Of a stretch of 64,000 nt of DNA, positions 9,729 to 20,459 are shown in pieces. The stretch spans positions 320,001 to 384,000 of the forward strand of contig JBHLJY010000002.1 in NCBI GenBank assembly GCA_048887225.1. Direction: 5' to 3'. The notes below the pieces were generated by a model that saw only the letters and a program-made list of their open reading frames with translations, had not been told where the DNA came from and did not search any database. A program made the translations under genes and the position numbers. The number at the start of each line of letters is the position of its first letter. Positions within the stretch are counted from its first letter, which is position 1. The DNA comes from Candidatus Hodarchaeota archaeon (GTDB lineage: Archaea; Asgardarchaeota; Lokiarchaeia; Sigyniarchaeales; SOKP01).

Positions 9729-11177
9729 ATGACCTTAAAAAAAGAATCAGAAAAATTAAAAATTTTGCTCTTAAGTGTCAGTTCAGAGTCATTTTTCTAT
9801 GATCAACTCGTAATACCTTTTGGTTTAATTAGTTTAGCATCTTATATTGAGGATCAACAATTTGAGATTAAAGGAATTGAAATGAACAATCCTCCCGAAA
9901 AGATAAACCAGCGATATTTACAAGTTGATAAGGAGTTTCTGAAAGAAATTGAAGAATTTTCCCCCGATATCATCGCAATGAGTTCATACGCTTCAAATAT
10001 ATATAATATTATATTTTGGGCCAATTTACTAAAAAAAAAATTGCCAAACTGTGTGATTATGGTTGGTGGGAATCATGCATCATATATAGATAAAGAAATT
10101 TTGGAGAAATGTCCTGGAATTGATATCGTGGTTAGATTCGAAGGAGAAATTCCTTTTAAAATGATAAGTGAGAAGCTATTAAATAATAATGATAATTTTT
10201 CAGATGTTCCTAGTATTACATATAGATCAAATGGAGAGATTAAAAAAAATCCACAAGCAGAATTAATTAAAGACCTAAGTTCCCTTCCAATGCTTAACCG
10301 AGATTATTTTAAATTTGAAACAAAATCTAAAGATGAGGTATATCATGCCGATTTAATTTCTGCGAGAGGCTGTCCTTTTAACTGTACTTTTTGTAATTGT
10401 AATCATTATTGGAGTAAACGATATAGAGTACGACATATTGATTCTATTATAAAAGAATTAAAGAGTTTAAAAGAGGAATATCCAAATCTTAAGTCTATTA
10501 GAATTCGTGATGAATCAGTTACAATCAACAAAGTCAGATGTAAAAAGTTATGTGATGCTATTAAAGAAAATGGATTAGTTCTTGAATTCCAAGCACATTC
10601 GCGACTCGACGGATTAGATGAAGAAGTGATACAAAATTTATCGGAAGCGGGTTTTAAATTAGTCTTTATAGGTATGGAGTCTGGTAGTCAACGGATATTG
10701 AATATATTAAATAAAGGGATAGATATTTCTAGAGCTGGAGATGTTGTTTCTCAGTTAAGAGATTATGGTATTAAATTCAGAATTTCATTTATGAGTGAAA
10801 CACCAGATGAGAAGTTAAAAGATGTAAAAAAAACTATAAAGCTTATAAAAAAATTAAGATTAAATGTTAAAACTAACGAGTATTATATTGGAACGGGAGT
10901 AGCAATTTATCCTGGTACTACTGACTGTCAAAAATTTCTACGTCTAAATCCTGATTATGAGTGGATTACAAAAGATTATAGATTTAAAGGTAAATATTAT
11001 CCAACTAGAGATTCATCAGGAAATATAATCCAACCTAATTATTTAGAACATAGCAGGTTTAAAAGAGCATTCATTAGAATTTATATTGAAATAAGTTTGA
11101 ATCCTATTGGTCTTATTAGTTATGTAAAAAACTCTCTTAAATTTATTATTCAGAATATAAAATTAAAATTTAAATAA
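9729..11177 (+). CDS. Cobalamin-binding radical SAM protein (class B methyltransferase-like)
   Basis: B12-binding N-domain (PFGL..LAS, VGGNHAS, FEGE), ARGCPFNCTFC, GMESGS. Likely ATG start at 9729 rather than the TTG at 9681. Confidence 0.9.
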   Translation: MTLKKESEKLKILLLSVSSESFFYDQLVIPFGLISLASYIEDQQFEIKGIEMNNPPEKINQRYLQVDKEFLKEIEEFSPDIIAMSSYASNIYNIIFWANLLKKKLPNCVIMVGGNHASYIDKEILEKCPGIDIVVRFEGEIPFKMISEKLLNNNDNFSDVPSITYRSNGEIKKNPQAELIKDLSSLPMLNRDYFKFETKSKDEVYHADLISARGCPFNCTFCNCNHYWSKRYRVRHIDSIIKELKSLKEEYPNLKSIRIRDESVTINKVRCKKLCDAIKENGLVLEFQAHSRLDGLDEEVIQNLSEAGFKLVFIGMESGSQRILNILNKGIDISRAGDVVSQLRDYGIKFRISFMSETPDEKLKDVKKTIKLIKKLRLNVKTNEYYIGTGVAIYPGTTDCQKFLRLNPDYEWITKDYRFKGKYYPTRDSSGNIIQPNYLEHSRFKRAFIRIYIEISLNPIGLISYVKNSLKFIIQNIKLKFK

Positions 11178-11196
11178 AGACAACTTCAACGATTTC

Positions 11197-12336
11197 ATGA
11201 CAATATTCGATAAATCAAGAGTTCTAAATAAATTTCTAAATATTGTAATTAAGATCCTTGATTTTATTTATTCAAAATATAAATTACAAATATTCTATAT
11301 TTTAAGAAGGAATATTCTCACTTTAAGAGCGCAAGTAATCTTTGTCTGTGAACAAACTAGTTGGGCAGTATTTTGGATCGGAAAAAATTTGACTGAAAAG
11401 CTTAAAGAGATGGAATTGATAAATGCTGAAATAGCTTCACCTTTATTGGCTAAGAATAAAATCATACATTGGGGCGCTATAAATTATTTAATTAAAATTG
11501 GGCGTTCATATTTGGAAAAACCTAACTTTAATATTATTAACTGGTACCACGTTGTCCCTAATGATGAAAGATTAAATTTTATTCCTTATTTAAATAAACA
11601 TGTAGATTTATTGATTACAGCAAGTCCGATTACAAAAAAGAATTTAGTTGATTCAGGATTTGATGAAGATAAAATAAATATTATTCCTTTTGGAATTGAT
11701 TTATCTCATTTTAGAAGGTACGATAAAAAGAAACAAGGCTATTTAAAAAAAAAATTTAACCTTACGAGTAATAAAATAATTATTGGCTCTTTTCAAAAAG
11801 ATGGAGAAGGTTGGGGCGATGGAATGGAACCGAAATTTGTCAAAGGACCAGATATTTTTTGCGAGGTTGTTAAAAAGTTAAATGACAAATATGATATTCA
11901 TGTGCTGCTTACAGGACCTGCCAGAGGATATGTTAAAAAGAAATTAAAAGAATTTAAAGTCCCTTACACTCATTTAATTTTACATGACTATATGGATATT
12001 GTTGAGTGTTATAACGTATTAGATTTGTATATCGTTTCATCCCGAGTAGAAGGTGGACCTCAAGCATTATTAGAAGCGATGGCAACGGGTGTTCCATTAG
12101 TAACTACGAATGTAGGTATGGCACCATATCTAATTAAAGATAAAATTAATGGATTTAAAACTCAAATAGAAAATGTTGATGATCTCTATAATTATTGTGT
12201 AGAAGTGATAAAAAACGAGAAATTAAGAGAGAAGATAGTAAAGAATGCTTTTGAAACTGTGAAAGAATATAACTGGGAAAGTATTGCAAAACAATATTAT
12301 GAGAAAATATATAAAAAAGCTTTTAAGACGAACTAA
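11197..12336 (+). CDS. GT4 family glycosyltransferase
   Basis: KGPD, SRVEGGPQALLEAMATGVP. Confidence 0.9.
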   Translation: MTIFDKSRVLNKFLNIVIKILDFIYSKYKLQIFYILRRNILTLRAQVIFVCEQTSWAVFWIGKNLTEKLKEMELINAEIASPLLAKNKIIHWGAINYLIKIGRSYLEKPNFNIINWYHVVPNDERLNFIPYLNKHVDLLITASPITKKNLVDSGFDEDKINIIPFGIDLSHFRRYDKKKQGYLKKKFNLTSNKIIIGSFQKDGEGWGDGMEPKFVKGPDIFCEVVKKLNDKYDIHVLLTGPARGYVKKKLKEFKVPYTHLILHDYMDIVECYNVLDLYIVSSRVEGGPQALLEAMATGVPLVTTNVGMAPYLIKDKINGFKTQIENVDDLYNYCVEVIKNEKLREKIVKNAFETVKEYNWESIAKQYYEKIYKKAFKTN

Positions 12337-12958
12337 TTTTTGCCCAAATCTCGCCAAATTTTATTTCATATGATATTATTCTAAGACCTATAGACTCTAT
12401 TTCAGATGTAAACGTATCAAGTGTATATTCTATATAATGAGTATCATCTAATCTATAATCTAATCCCAATTTTTTCATGTATAATGGAAGCCAAGATCTG
12501 TTTATCATTGGAACTCTAATAAGAATTTTTTCACACAAGTTCTTTACCCTCTCTAAAAGTTTTTTCCTATCTTCAATATGTTCTAAAACATTAGACATTA
12601 TTACATAATCAAACTTTTCTTTAAAATCATATTTAGAAACTTCACAATTAATATATAAAATATTTTCATTATTGTAATATTTTTTAGCGAAATCAATATT
12701 CTTTTTATCAATATCAATCCCTATTACTTTTCTCGCTTTTTGAGCTAATTTTTTAGTCAAATATCCATTTCCACATCCGATATCTAGGATCTTAGAGTCT
12801 TCATCAATATTATCCAGAAAAAATTGATAATATTTCATAATTTCATGCTTAGGATGGATATTTTTATTCAATTTTCCCGCATACAATGAAATTTTTCTGT
12901 AGGAAAAATTATGGAGCTTAATATAATACTTTAGAAACAATTTATTGACAAATTTCAT
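12323..12958 (-). CDS. Class I SAM methyltransferase
   Basis: ILDIGCGNG, GIDID, NVLEHI. Confidence 0.9.
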   Translation of the reverse strand: MKFVNKLFLKYYIKLHNFSYRKISLYAGKLNKNIHPKHEIMKYYQFFLDNIDEDSKILDIGCGNGYLTKKLAQKARKVIGIDIDKKNIDFAKKYYNNENILYINCEVSKYDFKEKFDYVIMSNVLEHIEDRKKLLERVKNLCEKILIRVPMINRSWLPLYMKKLGLDYRLDDTHYIEYTLDTFTSEIESIGLRIISYEIKFGEIWAKISSS

Positions 12959-13042
12959 AATAATTTGATTTAGAGTATTTTTATGTTTAATTTATCAGGA
13001 AATTAGAATATAATTCAACATTAGAATAATTTTGAATATTCA

Positions 13043-13726
13043 TTAAGTCTCGGATTTGTAAAAACCAAAACGCACTTTGAGCACATCAATCACCATTTTT
13101 ATACTAATTTTTTCTTGACTAGATTTATCAACAATACCTCTAAACTTTCTAGTTTTAATATTTCCTCTATTATTTAAATTAGAGTGATCAAATTTATGAT
13201 AATTTAACATTTTAGGTTCATAATCCACACCAATGAAATTACAAATGTTTGAAAAAACAAATTCCGGTTTTGAAACCATATTACTATAACTTACTTCAAT
13301 GGAATTACAAAAATGTTTTACATAATATTTACATATCATAAATTTTCTAATTTGCCAAAAGGGAAGTAATACGGGGTCATTCTTATAATTATAAAAAACC
13401 CTCCACATATGTTTTCTTGTCAGAATAATATATCTTGCTTCATTACCTAATGCACTATTTATCAATTCAATTTGCCTTATATCATAATATCTACTTGTTA
13501 TGAGATAATTTTTACTAATTAAGAAAGAATCTAAATAATTTTTGAATCCATGAGCAATTTTATACTTCAAGTTATAAAGATCTCTTTCTTTCATTTGAGT
13601 AAAAGGTCTACTATCATCCTCATGTTCAACATGTATCTGAGAATGCGAATTTAATACATAAGCTAATAAAGTAGAACCTGATCTATGTAGACCAACTAAG
13701 AAGAAATACCTTTTTTTTTCTTTCAT
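13043..13726 (-). CDS. PAPS-dependent sulfotransferase (Sulfotransfer_3-like)
   Basis: 5'-PSB loop GLHRSGSTLLAYVLNSHSQI; C-terminal YSNMVSKPE...ICNFIGVDYEPKML. Confidence 0.8.
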   Translation of the reverse strand: MKEKKRYFFLVGLHRSGSTLLAYVLNSHSQIHVEHEDDSRPFTQMKERDLYNLKYKIAHGFKNYLDSFLISKNYLITSRYYDIRQIELINSALGNEARYIILTRKHMWRVFYNYKNDPVLLPFWQIRKFMICKYYVKHFCNSIEVSYSNMVSKPEFVFSNICNFIGVDYEPKMLNYHKFDHSNLNNRGNIKTRKFRGIVDKSSQEKISIKMVIDVLKVRFGFYKSET

Positions 13727-13839
13727 AAAACCTTGTTATTTTATCTAATAGCCAAATTATTACTATTTATTGATCAGAAAATTCTTTTATTTAAGTATTT
13801 TTTTGTACATTATATATCCATCTCTATTTCTTTAATTAG

Positions 13840-14898
13840 TTATATTTTCTTCGCAATAATTGTCATTCTTGAGGTTTTACCAATAAAGGCTTGAATATTT
13901 AATAAACCATGAAGCAAGGTTCTTCTTACAATCTTTTTACTTAATATTTTTAAAATAAACTTAATAAGTAATTTATTTGGATGTTTAATTAGTATATAAC
14001 TTAAGGGGCCAATTATTTCTCTATCTGTTTTAATATGAAAAAGACCTTGGCTTTCAAGACCAACAAGCTTTAAATAATTATCCAGAGTATTAGGAGTGAA
14101 ATGATATAAATGGAATGGTAATTGTAGACAATAGGAATATTTTTTAAATAGTCGTACTTCCAATCCGGAGAAATCTGGAAGAGAAATTATTAATAATCCT
14201 TCTGGTTTTAAAAATGAAACTATTTTTGTTAATGCTTTCTTAGGAGATTCAATATGTTCAAGGACATTCCTCAAATATATTATGTCAAACTTCTCATCTG
14301 TTTGGTATTCCTCAATACTCACTTTTTCGACATTTAATTTGTAATTATTAATGCAATATTCAACAGCCTCTTCGCTTAGCTCAATTCCTTTAACCTCCCA
14401 ACCTAATTTTTTTAATTTATATAAAAATCCTCCGTAAGCACAGCCAATATCTAAAATTTTTCCATTTTTTTTATATTTTGGTATAAATAGAATAGATTTC
14501 CATAATCTTCTAATCCTTAAATAATTAGGATATTGAATAAGTTTTTTTATTCTACTTACTTTTAGAATTGGATATTTAAAATAATAGGTTAAAAGATCAA
14601 TCCTCCTTAATAAATCAAATCTGTGATCTAAATCTTTAGTTGAAGGGCGATCATCATAAGCTCCTATTTTTGAGTAAAATCTTTTTAGACTTTCAGGATT
14701 AAGTCTCGGATTTGTAAAAACCAAACCGCACTTTGAGCACTTTACTATATTAAACTTTTTTTTAGAAGTTTTGAATAAAAAATCCTTACTCTTAAAGAGT
14801 AAATTATATTTATCCGAATTACAAAAATCACATTTTACGTTAATTAGATTGGTTCCCTTTTTATTATTTTTTCTCTCAAGTTCTATAGATTTATGCAT
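13840..14898 (-). CDS. Class I SAM methyltransferase with N-terminal zinc ribbon
   Basis: CDFC...CSKCGLVFTNPR, LDIGCAYG, VLEHI, PFHLYHF. Confidence 0.9.
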   Translation of the reverse strand: MHKSIELERKNNKKGTNLINVKCDFCNSDKYNLLFKSKDFLFKTSKKKFNIVKCSKCGLVFTNPRLNPESLKRFYSKIGAYDDRPSTKDLDHRFDLLRRIDLLTYYFKYPILKVSRIKKLIQYPNYLRIRRLWKSILFIPKYKKNGKILDIGCAYGGFLYKLKKLGWEVKGIELSEEAVEYCINNYKLNVEKVSIEEYQTDEKFDIIYLRNVLEHIESPKKALTKIVSFLKPEGLLIISLPDFSGLEVRLFKKYSYCLQLPFHLYHFTPNTLDNYLKLVGLESQGLFHIKTDREIIGPLSYILIKHPNKLLIKFILKILSKKIVRRTLLHGLLNIQAFIGKTSRMTIIAKKI

Positions 14899-15108
14899 AT
14901 CATAATAAATGAATTAATTTTCAATTCTCAATATTCTATTTGAAAATATAAATGATTATTTAAATATAAACATCAATATTTTATAGAAAGGTTAGTTTTA
15001 AGGTAAATAATTATTTTTATAATATTTTAAAACGATATCAAGATGAAATCTATTAATCTGAATTTAAATAAAAGTATATATTAAAATTAAAGAATTTGAT
15101 AATGCTGT

Positions 15109-16713
15109 TTATTTCTTTGTGGCAGGTAAAGCTTTTTCAATCAATTTAAATAATTTTTGGAAAATGCCCCTATCCATTATTAGGTGAGGTATTAGATTAA
15201 TAAATTGATTAAATTCTTCTTTAGTTATATATCTCGTAAACAAAATAATTAAATAATAAACAAAAAAGAAAACTAAAGTGTTTAAAAATGCATTAAATAG
15301 ACTATTTAATATAAACATATCTGAAAATAAATTAATATTTACATATAAGATAAAGGGAATAATGGCCAAAAAACTAATTAGAAATATCATAAATGGTTTA
15401 AAAATTATATAAGTTTTTAAATTTAATTCAGATGTCCTATTAATCAAGAAAATCCCAAAAAAGGATAGCAAAAATTGAATGATAATAAACATAAGGATTA
15501 GTGTAAAAAATCCAAAAAATCTTAATGAGATATAAACGGCAGTTAAATTTGCAACAGATTGAAATATTACAATATATAAATCAATTCTAGTCTTATTAGT
15601 TGAATGTGTAATAATTAACAAATTTCTCCTTATTATCTTTGCAAAAACAGAAAAAAGTATGAATTGAATTCCCAAAAGAATAACGAAATATTTTTCAGAA
15701 TAAATTAATAGAATTACAAATTCCATCGAAAAAATTAAAATTCCTACTATTACCCCCACAGCCATTAGAAGGTATTTATTTATTTGATAAAAAAGGTTTC
15801 TATAATCATCCAACCTTTTTTCTAAATCTATTTCAGAAAAAATTGCATCAAATGAGCTTCGTGAAGAACCAGATAGATTTTCGGAAATTTTTACCATGTT
15901 CTCACAAATTGTGATATATGTTAAATAAACGATTACTCCAAAATATAAATACATAAAATTAACTATTAAACCACTAATTTGAGAAATCACGCCTGCCATC
16001 AACAACATTAATCCATATTTTAAGTGAGCTTCTTTATAGTTTAATCTATTTGTAGAATTTTTAATTACGTTATCTGAATTTTTCCGAGGAATTGTTTGAA
16101 GAAGAAAAATTATTGAAATAAAACAAGATGCAAATAAACTTAAAGTATATATTATTACAATCAAGATTAGTGGTTCATTTAGACCTTCAAAAAATAAGAT
16201 TATAATTCCAATCAGAGCAATTATAGAATTTAAAAAATAACCATAAAATACTTTTATAAATTTATGAAAAGCCATTAATAAAGAACTATTTAAATTTTGT
16301 ATTGATATTAATATAATCATTGGAGAACTAATGATCAAGGCTTGAAGAATTAATTCATTAAAGTTTAATAAACGAATTACTATATGAAAAATTATAAAAA
16401 CAAATATAATCAAACAAATTCTAATTTTATATACGTGAAAGATAAAATGTCTTATTAAATTGTTATTCTCCATATCTTCTTTAAATTTTGGAATATAGAA
16501 TTGTAATGTAGCTTCCGCAGCGGGGGGGAGAACACTGCAAAAATATGAAGATACAGTAATAAAAGCCATAATAAAGAGAAGTATTCCCCAATTTTCAGGA
16601 TTTAGAGTCCGTGCAATAAAAAACGTACTAATTACTCCAAATAAAAAAAAGAGATAATAATATAGAAGATTTAAACTTCCACTAAGTACAATTTTTTTTT
16701 GTTCTTTTGACAT
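15109..16713 (-). CDS. Wzx/MATE-type oligosaccharide flippase
   Basis: IARTLNPENWG after the first TM, about 14 TM segments, ILLIYSEKY; glycan-locus context. Confidence 0.8.
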   Translation of the reverse strand: MSKEQKKIVLSGSLNLLYYYLFFLFGVISTFFIARTLNPENWGILLFIMAFITVSSYFCSVLPPAAEATLQFYIPKFKEDMENNNLIRHFIFHVYKIRICLIIFVFIIFHIVIRLLNFNELILQALIISSPMIILISIQNLNSSLLMAFHKFIKVFYGYFLNSIIALIGIIILFFEGLNEPLILIVIIYTLSLFASCFISIIFLLQTIPRKNSDNVIKNSTNRLNYKEAHLKYGLMLLMAGVISQISGLIVNFMYLYFGVIVYLTYITICENMVKISENLSGSSRSSFDAIFSEIDLEKRLDDYRNLFYQINKYLLMAVGVIVGILIFSMEFVILLIYSEKYFVILLGIQFILFSVFAKIIRRNLLIITHSTNKTRIDLYIVIFQSVANLTAVYISLRFFGFFTLILMFIIIQFLLSFFGIFLINRTSELNLKTYIIFKPFMIFLISFLAIIPFILYVNINLFSDMFILNSLFNAFLNTLVFFFVYYLIILFTRYITKEEFNQFINLIPHLIMDRGIFQKLFKLIEKALPATKK

Positions 16714-16863
16714 AGTATTTGTATATCAATAAATATTGTTATGATTATAATTATTTTAAATAGAAGTATTTACTTAATTAATAAATTTTTCAAATATCGG
16801 AAGCTATATGGATAGCCTCTGATTTTCTCCAAATCTTCTCTCAACTCAAGCTTTTTATAATTT

Positions 16864-17514
16864 TTAATTTTTATTTGCTACAATGAAATATCCATTATGA
16901 TAACTATCCAAAACTCTATTATCCTTTACTCTATTATCAAAATGAGTTAACCAATCCAAAATGGGTTTAATAAGTCTAAATAAAATGTATCCTCCACGAG
17001 ATAATATATCAATTCTGGTCTTCATCATTTCAGAAAGATGGGTATAAAATTTTCCCATAATAATAAATTTTTCAATCGTAAATCCACTTTTTTTTAGTTC
17101 CAATTTCCATTTTGTTGAGGTCCATCTTTGATAGTCAAATGGATCAGAATGAATATTTGATAAGAAGGGAACAGTAATTATCATTTTACCATTTTTCTTT
17201 AGAACACGATAACATTCTTTTAATCCCTTTTTAATTTCATATACGTGTTCAAATAATTCAATCGCATTTATAATGTCGATACTTTCAGAATTAATTTGAT
17301 TCATATCGGAAACATTTAATATAATATCTGGCTTATAATCAGGATTTATATCGGCAAAAATCCACTTCTCTACTTTTTTTTTAGGTTTTTTAAATCTCCC
17401 ACGATCTCTACCTCCAATGTCTAAAACAACTCCCTTATATATATATTCGTATTTTTTAAGCAGATAATCAATCATTTTTCTACGATATGATAATCTTATA
17501 TAATCTTTCGACAT
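16864..17514 (-). CDS. Class I SAM methyltransferase (type 11)
   Basis: VLDIGG, ELFEHV, ECYRVLKKNG, VPF...H.DP.DY.RWT. Confidence 0.85.
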   Translation of the reverse strand: MSKDYIRLSYRRKMIDYLLKKYEYIYKGVVLDIGGRDRGRFKKPKKKVEKWIFADINPDYKPDIILNVSDMNQINSESIDIINAIELFEHVYEIKKGLKECYRVLKKNGKMIITVPFLSNIHSDPFDYQRWTSTKWKLELKKSGFTIEKFIIMGKFYTHLSEMMKTRIDILSRGGYILFRLIKPILDWLTHFDNRVKDNRVLDSYHNGYFIVANKN

Positions 17515-17819
17515 CTTTAGTATGAAATTTTTTAGTTTTTGTTTTACGATTTCATTATTGAATTATTTTTTATATAAATATCAATATTTTTTCATTTATT
17601 TTGTGTGTATTGATTTTGTGTATTATCCATAATATTTTATACTATTCTGCAAAATCATTAAAAATATGATTTAATGAAGATTCATATTAATGATAAAAAT
17701 AAAATTTTTATAATTTGGCTTGAAACAACCAAAAATTCTATAAAATTAGATAATTTTGATTATTAAAAGCTAAAAGTTCTAAAAATATTAAACAAAAAAT
17801 AGTTAAGGACTTATTTACT

Positions 17820-18641
17820 ATGAGTTATGTTATTACAATATGTATTGTTAACTATAATAGCTCTGATTTTATTTTAAACACGCTATATTGCCTCGAAAAA
17901 ATTACTAAAAACAATTATAAGGTTATAATAAGAGACAATAATTCAAAACTGAAGGACTTTCTTAATTTAAAAAATAATATCAAGAGATACTCTAATGTAG
18001 AATTATATAGAGTCGAGGAATTTTCCTATAAGGGAAGTATAGCTCACGGTATTGCGGTTAATGATTTAATCAACAAAATTAATACGAAATATGGAGTAAT
18101 CTTAGATGCAGATTGCACTTTTTTATACAATAATTGGGATGAGATTTTAATCAATGAAATTAATGAAAAACAACCACTTATTGGTGTACCTGGAAGTGAA
18201 GAACTTGGTTCTACAAGACAGAGTAACTTTCCAATACTAATTTGCGTTCTCTTTATTACAGAAATTTTAAAAAAATTACAAATTGATTTTAGACCAAAGG
18301 AAAAGGGCGAAAAACTTATAGATACTGGACATGAACTCGCCATTAAATTCATAGAAGCGGGATATAAGGGTAAAACATTAGAAAGGAGAAGTACGAGAGT
18401 TTACAAATCAGGACCTTTTAGAAAATTCATATGTGCCGAGTTTTATCTAAATGGACATAGGAATATTTTTGGTAGTCATTTTGGAAGAGGATCAACATTA
18501 GGGGCAGCTAAATACTTGAAGGGTTGGAAAAAAAAAATATACTTAATCCCACTAATTGGCTCCTATTTATTGAAATCAAAAGGTAAGCGAGAAAGAAAAG
18601 GATGGATAAAAGTTTGTAAAAAGCTAGTGAATAGAAAATAA
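17820..18641 (+). CDS. GT2 family glycosyltransferase
   Basis: IVNYNS, IIRDNNS, DAD motif. Confidence 0.8.
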   Translation: MSYVITICIVNYNSSDFILNTLYCLEKITKNNYKVIIRDNNSKLKDFLNLKNNIKRYSNVELYRVEEFSYKGSIAHGIAVNDLINKINTKYGVILDADCTFLYNNWDEILINEINEKQPLIGVPGSEELGSTRQSNFPILICVLFITEILKKLQIDFRPKEKGEKLIDTGHELAIKFIEAGYKGKTLERRSTRVYKSGPFRKFICAEFYLNGHRNIFGSHFGRGSTLGAAKYLKGWKKKIYLIPLIGSYLLKSKGKRERKGWIKVCKKLVNRK

Positions 18642-18706
18642 GTGAATTCCATTAGTTTTAAATGTAATTATCTCTTAGAATAATTAAAATACAAGATGGT
18701 GTAGTT

Positions 18707-19621
18707 TTGAAGATTTATTTCGATTATCCACTTATCAAAAAACCCTGGGGTGGTGGGGCACATTTTCTGGTAAATTTTGCTAATTTTTTAAAAGAAAAGG
18801 GTCATAAAATTGTTTTAAAATTGAAAAAAGACATAGATCTAATCTTCATCTCAAATAACACTAAACAAATTGACTCAAAAATTATTAATTATAAGAAAAA
18901 GAATCCAAAAACAAAAGTTTTGCATAGAATTAATGAATGTGATAAACGGAAGAATACCAATCATGTAGATAATCTTGTATTCAAAAAAAATGAATTAGCA
19001 GATCAGACTATTTTTATAAGTAAGTGGTTAGCAGAATATTATATAAAAAAAGGCTTTAATAAAGAGTATAGTGTAATCTATAATGGTTGCAATTCAAAAT
19101 ATTTCTATCCTAAAATTGATAAAAGGCTTGGAGATCAAGTAAAACTGGTAACTCATCATTGGTCTAGCCACTGGTTAAAAGGTTTTGACATCTATACGAA
19201 ATTAGATGAAATTTTACCAGATCTAAAGAATATCACTTTTACTTATATTGGAAGATATAATCAGCAATATAAACCTAAAAATACTAAACTAATCCCTCCT
19301 TTATACGGTATTAAATTAGGAGAAGAATTAAGAAAACATGATCTTTATCTTACTGCCTCAAGATGGGAACCGTGTGGAATGCATCATATAGAAGGAGCAA
19401 GTTGTGGATTACCCGTTTTATATCATATTGACGGAGGAGGGATAAATGAATTATGTAAAAATTATGGACTTAATTATCATGATATTGATACTTTACTTAA
19501 AAGTATAACACAAATAATAAAATCATATCCTGAATATCATAAAAAAATACAATATGATTTTCTAAGTAGTGAAAGATGTAATATGGAGTTTTTTAGAGAA
19601 ATTGTTGATTTATGTAAATAG
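18707..19621 (+). CDS. GT4-like glycosyltransferase
   Basis: PWGGG N-terminus, IYNG, SRWEPCGMHHIEGASCGLP. Confidence 0.8.
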   Translation: MKIYFDYPLIKKPWGGGAHFLVNFANFLKEKGHKIVLKLKKDIDLIFISNNTKQIDSKIINYKKKNPKTKVLHRINECDKRKNTNHVDNLVFKKNELADQTIFISKWLAEYYIKKGFNKEYSVIYNGCNSKYFYPKIDKRLGDQVKLVTHHWSSHWLKGFDIYTKLDEILPDLKNITFTYIGRYNQQYKPKNTKLIPPLYGIKLGEELRKHDLYLTASRWEPCGMHHIEGASCGLPVLYHIDGGGINELCKNYGLNYHDIDTLLKSITQIIKSYPEYHKKIQYDFLSSERCNMEFFREIVDLCK

Positions 19622-19653
19622 TCCGTAAAAATCTATAATCCAAGAAGTAGAAA

Positions 19654-20331
19654 TTAGGGCTGATTTTTTGATCTTAGTATAAAAAAATAGTGTTTTGGAT
19701 TTTTCAAATTAAAAAAGTTATCTTGTATTAACCAACCATTCTTTACTATATCCTTTTTTATTTTTTTTAAGGGATAGCCCTTTTTACCAATAACCCAATA
19801 ATGTCTATTATCAATATCATATCTCCATGTTGATAAGTCATGAAAAACTTTCTTACGATAAATTTTAAATCCAAATTTAAAATTCCGTTGATGTAATAGA
19901 GGGAAATTTACGTCAATTGAGAAAAAGTATGAATTTAAATTTGTATGAGGTAAAGTAATGATTAGTATCTTAGTAAATAGACTGCATCTGTTAATTACCG
20001 AAAGGAATTCCTCATATTTGATATGTTCAAATATTTGAGATGCTATAACTAAATCGAATTCATCTTTTAAATTGAGAAAAGTCATATCTCTTATATCCAT
20101 ATTATAATCTGGACAAAGCGATTCATCAATATCTAATGTTTTAACATTATATCCTATTTTTTTTAATATATCCGATACTAAACCGTTTCCCGGTCCAATT
20201 TCTAAAATATTTAATGGATTTATCTCTAATATGCATCGTATCAATTCTGAATATGTAGTCCACCGTTTAGATGTAAAATATCTTTTTATAAAATATTTAT
20301 TTCTGCTACTTAGATTTTTATTTCTGGACAT
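19654..20331 (-). CDS. Class I SAM methyltransferase
   Basis: ILEIGPGNG, TLDID, QIFEHI. Confidence 0.85.
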   Translation of the reverse strand: MSRNKNLSSRNKYFIKRYFTSKRWTTYSELIRCILEINPLNILEIGPGNGLVSDILKKIGYNVKTLDIDESLCPDYNMDIRDMTFLNLKDEFDLVIASQIFEHIKYEEFLSVINRCSLFTKILIITLPHTNLNSYFFSIDVNFPLLHQRNFKFGFKIYRKKVFHDLSTWRYDIDNRHYWVIGKKGYPLKKIKKDIVKNGWLIQDNFFNLKNPKHYFFILRSKNQP

Positions 20332-20459
20332 ATTAAATTTCCTTTCATTACTAAGTTAAAAATATTATTTTAATTCAAAAAGTATTTGGTTAATAAAAAA
20401 AATTATACGTTATATAATAAGAATTCTTGAATTGCTCTTTTTAATTTGATTCTCATCAA

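Noticed and set aside
16770-16860. Minus-strand intergenic stretch reading ELREDL(G)ENQR with a 1-nt shift, like a GT4 C-terminal remnant
   Set aside because: The match is about 10 residues and needs an assumed frameshift; too weak.
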